NCBI GenBank assembly: GCA_964510585.1
Contig: CAZECW010000072.1
Span: forward strand, 29,166-61,165
From: an uncultured archaeon
Lineage (GTDB): Archaea; Asgardarchaeota; Jordiarchaeia; Jordiarchaeales; Jordiarchaeaceae
Reading direction: 5' to 3'
Length of the DNA stretch: 32,000 bases
Within the stretch, counting starts at the first letter, position 1; each line of letters begins with the position of its first letter. The notes under the pieces are model-generated. The model did not search any database. It was not told the DNA's origin and saw only the letters and a list, made by a program, of their open reading frames with translations. The position numbers and the translations under genes are program-made. Below are positions 20,791-28,835 of the stretch, one piece after another.

Positions 20791-20819
20791 AATTTGTTAT
20801 GCTGAAAATTTGTTATGCT
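20791..20819. repeat. 13-bp direct repeat AATTTGTTATGCT x2 upstream of porG
   Basis: Copies at 20791-20803 and 20807-20819, 16-bp period. Confidence 0.5.
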
Positions 20820-21188
20820 TGGAAAACGTATTTCATCCCTACTTTAAAGCATTTTGCTTTTTTATTTGCTGCGAGGCGCAGAGAAAAACTAGTATCTTAT
20901 AAATCGCAAAACTTCAGTTAGTTTTAAGTTCATTCAACATTTTTATATGAGTATACATTCATAATTTAGAAATGTTGGAGGACGAATTATAGGTTTTCTT
21001 CGGTAAATGCTTCTAAGGAGAAATGGGCTGCAGAAAAATGAGTGTGAAAAAATCTAGGTAACAAATGAACTGCTTCTATCGACGATTTTTTTACAAACCA
21101 TTTCGAAGCAGGAGGGTAAACCGTAGTTAAACAAATATTTTAAGTTTGCTTGGAATCGAGTTGCTGTTTTTGTTTTCGGTTTACTGCT

Positions 21189-23024
21189 TTATAAAATGAA
21201 TAGTAAATATTGGAGTATTATATTCAGTAGGGCGGCTGAGACTAGTATTGTGAGTGATTTTTTTGCGGTTGAGACGGATTTTACTATTTGGGTGGTTAAG
21301 AGGTTCATTTGTTTTTCTCCAACGATTTTTATTTTTTCCACTTTTTTTATATTGTAAGAGATTTTTACTGGTTTGAGGTTTGTAAGTGCTTCTTCTGTCA
21401 TGTTGACTATCATTGTTATCAGTTTTTTGTGGTCTCCAATTTGGCCCACGGCTTGGTAGCCTTTAGGGTCTAGTGATACCGCGTTTACAATGTGGGTGTC
21501 GGTTGTCATTACTTCTGCTTCATCGACTCCAATTTTTTTGACGCTGCCAATTATTTTTTCTCTTAGTCCTGGAATCATGTTGTTTCCATCAATTATAATG
21601 TATGCAGCTTTCTGTCCTTCAACCTCTACAACATGAACTGTAACACCAGCGGGGCCTATACCCTCCCACTTGTGGAAGTCATCCGGCTTTGACTGAACTG
21701 CGCAGGCTTTGATTTCTGTGCTCATTTTTGACTTTGCTTTTTTTACTGCCATTTTGGCGGCGTAAATTATTTTTTTTGCAGTTTCACTATTTGATAAAAT
21801 GGGTGTTAAGACTTCACCGCCACAGTTGTGGGCATCTATTAGAAAAGAATCCTTAATTCCTTCGCTTACGGCCGCTTCTCTCACTTGTTCCCCTAGCTCG
21901 GGACTTATATCATCAAAACTTATGGGGGATAGGGTGACTATTAGCAGTGCAAGGTCTCCGAAAATTTGGCAACTCATTTTTACTTCGTCTTTCTCATAAG
22001 TAACAAATTGGCTTGCTTTTGATACGAAGTTGGATTGGCCTAAGGAATTCTCGATGGTTTTTAAAACCTTTTTAATTTCTTTTGCTGCAACTAAATTTTG
22101 GCCATGTGTTGAAGGTCCATGAGCCACTGAAACTATGGCGCCAGTTTTTTCCTTCATCTCCTTAGCGATTATGTAAGGCATTTCACTACTGCCAACAGTT
22201 TTGAAAGGTCCTGGATGAATGTTAGGAACTACCAATATACTATTCAGGGCATTTGAGTCCTCGAATAATAGTGTAAGCATAGGAAGGGAGGCTTCTTCAC
22301 CGATTTTTTCAAATTTTTCTTCAAGCACATAAGATTTGTTCTCTATCCAATCCAAGAGAAAGCCGTATAGAAAGCCTATTCCACTCACCTTTAAAATTTT
22401 AAGTATAGGTCTATCTACTAACCAGAGGTATACTGATGCTGCCGCACCGAATATAATCGAAGTAATTGTGAACATTATTAAAAGTTCCAGAACTCCCAGT
22501 GGAAAAGTTAATTCCTGAAAGGGCAAAATGGCAATTATACAAAACAGTGGTTGGGTTAGAGCTACCATTGAAGATCTAAAGGTGCTAAACTCGCTCATTG
22601 CACGGATTACTAAAAGCCTTAACATAAATATAAAAGACGCCCCAAAAACAAAAGCAACAGAAACAATGGCGATTTTATTTGCCAAAATAGATGATATAGC
22701 CCCTACGATGTAGGCTATGCCTAAAAACAGCATGCAAATAGTAGATAGTGCGTATAATCTTCTTCTGTCCCACACACTTTTACTCTTCATAATTGGACTC
22801 ACTATTAAGGTCGACAAAACAATTGGAATAAATAGTGCAGATACTCCTTGGATAAATCCCATTATCATGTTATGTATTAAAGGCAGAGAGAAGTAAATAA
22901 TAATCCTAACTGTAAAACCAACGCATAGGGATGCTGCGAAAGAAAATATCAATAACTTTTTCATGGTCGGTAGTTGAAATAGCCACCTGTAAAGCGAAGC
23001 AGTTTTTTCCATTTCAGTGCTCAT
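21189..23024 (-). CDS. DUF2070-family membrane protein
   Basis: N-terminal multi-TM region; HPGPF, DAHN, DGNNM and TTDTH motifs. Confidence 0.85.
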   Translation of the reverse strand: MSTEMEKTASLYRWLFQLPTMKKLLIFSFAASLCVGFTVRIIIYFSLPLIHNMIMGFIQGVSALFIPIVLSTLIVSPIMKSKSVWDRRRLYALSTICMLFLGIAYIVGAISSILANKIAIVSVAFVFGASFIFMLRLLVIRAMSEFSTFRSSMVALTQPLFCIIAILPFQELTFPLGVLELLIMFTITSIIFGAAASVYLWLVDRPILKILKVSGIGFLYGFLLDWIENKSYVLEEKFEKIGEEASLPMLTLLFEDSNALNSILVVPNIHPGPFKTVGSSEMPYIIAKEMKEKTGAIVSVAHGPSTHGQNLVAAKEIKKVLKTIENSLGQSNFVSKASQFVTYEKDEVKMSCQIFGDLALLIVTLSPISFDDISPELGEQVREAAVSEGIKDSFLIDAHNCGGEVLTPILSNSETAKKIIYAAKMAVKKAKSKMSTEIKACAVQSKPDDFHKWEGIGPAGVTVHVVEVEGQKAAYIIIDGNNMIPGLREKIIGSVKKIGVDEAEVMTTDTHIVNAVSLDPKGYQAVGQIGDHKKLITMIVNMTEEALTNLKPVKISYNIKKVEKIKIVGEKQMNLLTTQIVKSVSTAKKSLTILVSAALLNIILQYLLFIL

Positions 23025-23432
23025 TGTTAACCATCCAGAAGGTTAATGACTGAAAGAAGCATGATTTTCTTTGTTCATTGGAATTAAAAGTACTATTAAA
23101 TTTTATCTAGATAATGCTGTGTTGTATAATTTTACTTTTTCTAATGAATTTATTTAATTTTCTTAAATTTTTTCAAATTAACAATTTGAAATTGCAAAAA
23201 ATTCAAAATAATATATAAATAAATTAAAAAAATAAGAATTATGCAACACAGCACTAGATAATGCCTTTTACATAAAAATAGCAATGTGTCTCGGGATGTG
23301 TAAGAGTACCGTCTTTCCTATTGGTAAAAATGGTAAATTTTTGAGGCTGGATAACTTTAAAGCGTCTCTTTTATTAAACTAACTTGGGTTATAAACCATT
23401 ATTTTATGGATAAAAATTTTGGAAGGATTTTG

Positions 23433-23861
23433 ATGGCTGGCTTCTGTTTTCTTGAGCACACAGCAGATATTAAAATAAGAGCTTATGGTAAAACAATAAA
23501 TGAAGCCTTTCAAGAAGCCGCCAGGGCACTTTTCGAAGCAATGACTGACACTTCAAAAATTACTCCAAATATTAAAAGAAAAATTGAAGTGGAAGCAGAA
23601 GATTTGAAAGCATTACTTTATCAGTGGCTAGAAGAATTTATCTATCTATTTGACTCTGAGGGATTAATTTTTTCGGAGTTTAAAGTAGAAAGCATCCAAC
23701 AAAAAGAGGGAATGCTAAAATTAAAGGGCGAAGCCTCAGGTGAAGAATTCGATAGTAAGAAACACACCCAGAGATCTGCGATAAAAGCAGTAACATACCA
23801 TGAAATGAAAATTGATCAGTCTCCCAAAAAAACAATTCTAGAATTTGTATTGGATATCTAA
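23433..23861 (+). CDS. Archease (RtcB cofactor)
   Basis: EHTADI and IKAVTYH motifs. The ORF opens at 23406; ATG at 23433 follows GGAAGGA. Confidence 0.94.
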   Translation: MAGFCFLEHTADIKIRAYGKTINEAFQEAARALFEAMTDTSKITPNIKRKIEVEAEDLKALLYQWLEEFIYLFDSEGLIFSEFKVESIQQKEGMLKLKGEASGEEFDSKKHTQRSAIKAVTYHEMKIDQSPKKTILEFVLDI

Positions 23862-23892
23862 TGCGACCCATTATGACTTCCAAAAAATTTAA

Positions 23893-24063
23893 TGGCGCCG
23901 GGAGTGGGACACTCTAGGAAGCAAGGATTTCTGGCTTCCATTCGAACCCACGCATCCCTTGCGGGATACTGGCTCTCAAGGCTCACGCTTGAAGGGAATA
24001 CTCCATTCAATCAGCGCAGTAATGTGGATTTTTTAGAGGTATTATCCACTTTGCTATCCCGGC
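23893..24063 (-). tRNA. tRNA-Ser(UGA) with three non-canonical introns (24043-24022, 24011-23983, 23940-23910), encoded CCA
   Basis: Removing 22+29+31 nt gives an 89-nt cloverleaf: GCCGGGA/TCCCGGC acceptor stem, G73-CCA, CTGGC-CTTGAGA-GCCAG anticodon arm, ATCCC-GCAA-GGGAT variable arm and GTGGG-TTCGAAT-CCCAC T arm. Confidence 0.93.
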
Positions 24064-24195
24064 TACCTATTATTTGATAAGGGGTTTCAAATATATTTAT
24101 TTCTAACCTTTTTTGATCACTTCATTCGACTTCTAATATTTTTTAATGATATGAACAGATAGCAGAGTTGAGAAGAAGCATGTTTCTAATGGTGT

Positions 24196-25029
24196 TTATT
24201 TTCTGCTAAGCTGGCTGAGTTCATCGAATATTTCGGGTCTTAAATCTCTTAGTACAGGTGCCGCTATTCTTGACGCTTTTAGCTCCGAATAGTCGATTGT
24301 TGCAATTACCAAATCTTCTTCGTCATATTTTGCTTTCTTTATTACTGTGCCGTCTGGACCCACTATGCGGCTTCCGCCCCAAAAAATTAGGCCATCTTCA
24401 ACCCCTACAAGATTTACATATGCTAAAAAAACAGTGTTTTCCATAGCTCTAGAGGATACAAATGTTTCAAAGTATCTTGTACGAGTGCCAGGTGAGGCGG
24501 AAATACATACTATTACTTGCGATCCCTTTATAGTAAGCAAGCGGGCGATTTCTGGGAAGAATATATCGTAGCAGATCATTAACCCTATTTTCCCAATTTC
24601 GGTTTCAAGAACCTGTGTTTCGTATCCTTGCCTAAAATACCTTTTTTCTTCGAAAACTAGATGCGTAGGTAAATATTTTTTTCTGTATTTTCCGATATAT
24701 CCTTTGGGACCTACCATCACCGAGGTGTTATATAGTACACCCTCCTCTGCCTCTTCCGCCATTCCAAAAATTACATATACACCATTTTTGCTAGCGATAC
24801 TCTCTATTTTTCTCACAGAGGGCCCCGGGATACTCTCTGCTAAGGAGTAGTAGTGGTCTCTGCAAGAATAGCCCGTGAGAATAAGTTCTGGAAAGATGAC
24901 TAGTTGTGCTTGTTCACGTGCAGCTTCAGATATAGCCCTGCCCATTTTTTGTAAATTTTTTTCTTTGTCTCCAAGTATAGGAATTATTTGCGCCAAGGCT
25001 AACTTCACTTTCATAATTTTTTCCTCCAA
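24196..25029 (-). CDS. Carbon-nitrogen hydrolase (nitrilase superfamily)
   Basis: FPEL, YRK and ICYD catalytic Glu-Lys-Cys motifs. Confidence 0.93.
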   Translation of the reverse strand: MEEKIMKVKLALAQIIPILGDKEKNLQKMGRAISEAAREQAQLVIFPELILTGYSCRDHYYSLAESIPGPSVRKIESIASKNGVYVIFGMAEEAEEGVLYNTSVMVGPKGYIGKYRKKYLPTHLVFEEKRYFRQGYETQVLETEIGKIGLMICYDIFFPEIARLLTIKGSQVIVCISASPGTRTRYFETFVSSRAMENTVFLAYVNLVGVEDGLIFWGGSRIVGPDGTVIKKAKYDEEDLVIATIDYSELKASRIAAPVLRDLRPEIFDELSQLSRK

Positions 25030-25102
25030 CAGTTTAATATATTTCGAGAAATATAGTAGTTTGATAAACTTTTATTAAGTTATATACTGTGGTGGTTTCG
25101 GA

Positions 25103-25945
25103 GTGAAACTCTCACAAGACTTGCTTCGTGTAGATCCCGAATTCGTTGAGAAGCGCATCGTCAAATTTATTCGCGCTAAAGTCATCGATGCAGGTTTTTC
25201 AGGTGCAGTAATAGGACTAAGTGGCGGTATTGACTCTTCCGTTGTTGCAGCTCTCTGTGTTAGAGCATTAGGTCCTGATAAAGTGTTGGGGCTTATGCTA
25301 CCTGAGAAAGATAGCGAGCCTAGCGATATTAAAGATGCGTTGAAAATAGCGGAACAACTTAATATACCCTACAAGATAATAGATGTGTCTCCAATAATAA
25401 ATGCTTGTAGGGTTACTTATGTAGAAGACGCTACGGATCCTCCCATAATTGTTGGAAATGTGAAGGCTAGAGTACGCATGATAACACTTTATTACTATGC
25501 AAATAAGTTACGCCGTCTAGTGGTTGGTACAAGTAATAAAAGTGAAATATTAATTGGCTACTTCACCAAATTTGGTGACGGAGCCTCCGACATATTGCCG
25601 ATAGGGGATCTCTATAAAACTCAAGTCCGCCAATTGGCAGACTATCTAAATATCCCAAGAGAGATAATTGACAAAATTCCCACCGCAGGACTTTGGAAGG
25701 GCCAAACCGACGAATCTGAAATTGGCGTTCCTTACAGTGTACTTGACCTGATACTTTACGGTCTAGAACATTGGAAGAACGAATCCGAAATTGCCGAAGA
25801 ACTCCAAATACCAATTGAAAAAGTCAACAGAATAGTAGAAATGTGGAGAAGGAGCGAACATAAAAGGAAAGGCCCTGTAATCTTTAAAATAGCATACAGG
25901 ACTCCCAGTTTAGACTGGAGAGTTCCGTTAGATTATTATAGGTAA
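25103..25945 (+). CDS. nadE: NH3-dependent NAD+ synthetase (single domain)
   Basis: GLSGGIDS, NVKARVRM, GYFTKFGDG and PTAGLWKGQTDE motifs. Confidence 0.96.
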   Translation: MKLSQDLLRVDPEFVEKRIVKFIRAKVIDAGFSGAVIGLSGGIDSSVVAALCVRALGPDKVLGLMLPEKDSEPSDIKDALKIAEQLNIPYKIIDVSPIINACRVTYVEDATDPPIIVGNVKARVRMITLYYYANKLRRLVVGTSNKSEILIGYFTKFGDGASDILPIGDLYKTQVRQLADYLNIPREIIDKIPTAGLWKGQTDESEIGVPYSVLDLILYGLEHWKNESEIAEELQIPIEKVNRIVEMWRRSEHKRKGPVIFKIAYRTPSLDWRVPLDYYR

Positions 25946-25968
25946 AATTGTAAAAAGGGGTGAAAAAT

Positions 25969-26229
25969 ATGGGGCGTAGAAGAAGAAAAAAAGTACAAAG
26001 AAGACCTGAAAGGCGAATACCTACCGTTTTTGAATGCCCCTCCTGTGGGGAGAATGCTGTGAAAGTGGAAATCAATAAAGCTGAGGAATTAGCAACGGTG
26101 GGTTGTGGCAATTGCGGACTAACTAAAAAGGTAAAAATAACTAAATTGACAGAAACTGTAGATGCGTATAGCGAATTTGTAGATGCCTTTTATGAGGGGG
26201 AAAAAGCTGTTTCAAATGAGAGAAAATAA
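25969..26229 (+). CDS. elf1: Transcription elongation factor Elf1
   Basis: MGRRRRKK...FECPSC...CGNC...VDAYSEFVD; GGGTGA upstream. Confidence 0.92.
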   Translation: MGRRRRKKVQRRPERRIPTVFECPSCGENAVKVEINKAEELATVGCGNCGLTKKVKITKLTETVDAYSEFVDAFYEGEKAVSNERK

Positions 26230-26250
26230 GAATAATTTTTCATGGTTCAT

Positions 26251-27159
26251 TTAGAAGAGTAACAGGTATATAGCGAATGCACTAATTGCACCAATGGCTG
26301 TTGCGACGAAATTAACGATATTATTGTCAATAGCTTTGTGGCCTCTCAGATGAACTGTGATCTCTCCACAATGAATATCGTGCTCGGTTATTTTTCCACA
26401 GACGGGACATTTGTAGAGTGCTTGAACCGTGGCTCCTATTACGCTATCCGTTGTACTTCCAATGAACCCTGCACCTACAGCAATTATTATCAACTTTACA
26501 CCAGTTGGTAACCCAAAGTTAAATATATCCAACCAGGGAAACAGGCCAATTCCAAGAAGGTTAAAGTTTTGCATAAGAAAAGCTACGCCACCAGTAATTA
26601 GGCCGCCCATAAGTATTGCAAGCTCTCCAAGAGGTGAGACACCTCCTGATGTGCCAGGTACAACCTTCTTAGAGAGGTTCGTGATTAGTCTAGGGGGGTG
26701 AGGATTTAGTAGGCCTACCTCAGTTGCTAATGTATCTGCAGCAGCAGTAGCTACAGCCCCGATAAAACCTGCGAGGAAAATATCGAATCGCCCTATGGGG
26801 ATAAAGAACAGGCATACTCCCTCCATAACAGCCAGAAAAGCTGCAAGTCCCCCATTCGCGATAACATTTGTCCATGCCCTAGCTCCACCTTTTTCTTGCG
26901 CTGCCCCTAGTTTTCTCTTTCTCTCGTACTTAAACTTTGTGAACGCCGCAGAAACAACGAAGAACACCAGTATGATTAGAAACCAAGCCCAATTACCGAA
27001 TATCCACACAGCTAAACCCACAACTAGCCCTGCCAGGAACCCCGAAAAATCTACCACATGCAGTTTAATTGAGACAAATCCAAAGCCAGCCACCACCGCA
27101 ATACCAATTAAGAGAGAAATTATATTTGTGGATCCTGCATTGAACAGTGATTCAAACAT
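26251..27159 (-). CDS. DUF92/TMEM19-family membrane protein
   Basis: KGGARAWTNVIANG, ADTLATEVG, PGTSGGVS, DSVIGATVQ and DNNIVN motifs. Confidence 0.9.
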   Translation of the reverse strand: MFESLFNAGSTNIISLLIGIAVVAGFGFVSIKLHVVDFSGFLAGLVVGLAVWIFGNWAWFLIILVFFVVSAAFTKFKYERKRKLGAAQEKGGARAWTNVIANGGLAAFLAVMEGVCLFFIPIGRFDIFLAGFIGAVATAAADTLATEVGLLNPHPPRLITNLSKKVVPGTSGGVSPLGELAILMGGLITGGVAFLMQNFNLLGIGLFPWLDIFNFGLPTGVKLIIIAVGAGFIGSTTDSVIGATVQALYKCPVCGKITEHDIHCGEITVHLRGHKAIDNNIVNFVATAIGAISAFAIYLLLF

Positions 27160-27376
27160 TTTTCCTTCACACACCTATTGGTCTATAGTGTTAATACTTG
27201 TTGCAAATTATTAGATGGGGAAATATCTCTTTTTAGACGAATATGTAACATAGTTAATGTCTTCTAGTTTTACATACTTTCTAGATAAAAAGTTTTCCCA
27301 AACTTGATACTTTAATTCGTAATATGACGAAATAAAAGAAATTTTTCATAAAAAGTCGAAAAAATAATCGCTTTAC

Positions 27377-27651
27377 AAAACCTTGGCGAGAAAGCTCCCG
27401 ACTTTAGTTGTGGGGATGAATCGCCAAAAAGCTTATTTGAAAGTAGGGTATATAAATAGTCGTTGGTAGCTGAAGGGTTTGGCTTGGGCTTAAGAGGCTA
27501 AACAAGACGCAGCCCCCATGAGGGTGCCAACATAGACGCCGTTCCCCTGAGGGAAGGGCGTGCTAACTGGGTGATGGCACACCCATTGCTTCGAAGGCTC
27601 CCAATGAGCCAGAAGCAAGAATCTCCCGACTTTAGTCGTGGAGAGTGTCAA
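27377..27651 (+). mobile_element. Non-autonomous IS200/IS605 derivative (275 bp), copy 1, with omegaRNA-like scaffold
   Basis: TTAC immediately 5'; AAAG plus left-end hairpin; GAAT plus right-end hairpin; terminal TCAA. No recognisable transposase or TnpB coding. Confidence 0.88.
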
Positions 27652-27680
27652 TCATAACAAAGACGTTTTGAAGGGATTTG

Positions 27681-27824
27681 ATGGGAAAAACATGCGGCGA
27701 ATGTTTCTATCACCGAAATGTGAGACCGGACAGAGTAAACATCTCACGAGATTATGTGTATTGTGAGTACCACGGAGATAACAAACAGAGAAACGGTACA
27801 TGCAGTTACTGGAGACCCGGTTAA
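27681..27824 (+). CDS. 47-aa Cys/His-rich microprotein (not in ORF track)
   Basis: MGKTCGECFYHRNVRPDRVNISRDYVYCEYHGDNKQRNGTCSYWRPG, with AAGGGA upstream. Confidence 0.65.
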   Translation: MGKTCGECFYHRNVRPDRVNISRDYVYCEYHGDNKQRNGTCSYWRPG

Positions 27825-28111
27825 TAATAACTCACGCCACAGCCCATAAAATGTATTAACAGTCACTAATATCTAAAAGGCAACTCAGCCCATAATAACC
27901 AATCCTAACCCCTACTCTTTATCTAACCCCCACTTTTCTATTTTTTCCCCTTGGAGAAGACTACCCCAAAAAAAGCTTCTCAAAGAGTTAGTAAATTTCA
28001 ATGGGAATTGGAGATTCTTCCAAACTTTTTAGGTTCACACAGTTCTCAGAAAGAAAAAAATTAAAGGAATACCCTCGTGTTAGGAGTGATCCCCACCTAG
28101 GGGAAATTTAC

Positions 28112-28386
28112 AAAACCTTGGCGAGAAAGCCCCCGACTTTAGTCGTGGGGATGAATCGCCAGAAAGTTTATTTGAAAGTATGGTATGTAAATAGTTGTTG
28201 GTAGCTGAAGGGTTTGGCTTGGGCTTAAGAGGCTAAACAAGACGCAGCCCCCATGAGGGTGCCAACATAGACGCCGTTCCCCTGAGGGAAGGGCGTGTTA
28301 ACTGGGTGGTGGCACACCCATTGCTTCGAAGGCTCCCGATGAGCCAGAAGCAAGAATCTCCCGACTTTAGTCGCGGAGAGTGTCAA
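28112..28386 (+). mobile_element. Non-autonomous IS200/IS605 derivative, copy 2
   Basis: Same TTAC/TCAA boundaries; about 11 substitutions versus copy 1 by manual comparison. Confidence 0.88.
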
Positions 28387-28504
28387 AATTTGTTGCTATT
28401 AACAGTTTTAAGCGATGATTTCTATAAATATTATATTTTTTATCTTTAAATCCTAACATTTTAAGATTTTTCCGATATTTTTCCTTAATTCCTACGATTT
28501 TTAC

Positions 28505-28553
28505 TGGAACAGTTGGCGAGACAAGTCCCGATTTTAGTTTTGTGGGGTGTCAA
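28505..28553 (+). mobile_element. Degenerate single-hairpin remnant with left-end-like 5' part and right-end terminus
   Basis: TTAC at 28501-28504, then ttggcgagacaagtcccgattttagttttgtgggg, then tgtcaa. Confidence 0.5.
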
Positions 28554-28835
28554 ATTTCATTAAAATTAGAGGGGGTAATGAAAGGGGCTTCAAAAGTGGA
28601 AACTTCTATTCTTTTGCGTAGGAAATATCTGGGTAAGGGTGGCTACGGATTCCAAAATACAGCGAATTGATGATGCCATAATAAGGAATTCTCATGAAAA
28701 CATTTATGTGAATTGTGAGACTTTAAGCTCCTAATGGTTTATAAGAAAAGTGAAAGATTTTTTATATATTTTGAATTATCTATTATCATTAATCGTTCTA
28801 GTAGTGAAATAGGTAATGTTTTGGTGGTGTCTTTT

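Noticed and set aside
23971-23982. tRNA-Leu assignment from the CAAG string on the plus strand
   Set aside because: The gene is on the minus strand; after intron removal the anticodon is UGA with G73 and a long variable arm, which is Ser.
26480-26580. Possible insertion in the DUF92 gene as an intron
   Set aside because: A stem is present, but there is no 4-bp central helix with paired 3-nt bulges, and the frame is intact.
27377-27651. Residual tnpB or tnpA coding, or an IscB-type element
   Set aside because: No recognisable TnpA or TnpB motifs in the plus-strand frames I translated. The TCAA end lies 3' of the scaffold (TnpB-like), not 5'.
28001-28204. 67-aa ORF running into element copy 2
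   Set aside because: A chance frame spanning the insertion junction.
27377-28386. Repeats as a CRISPR array
   Set aside because: Units are 275 bp, dispersed, and have IS200/IS605 end motifs; there is no short repeat-spacer periodicity and no cas gene.
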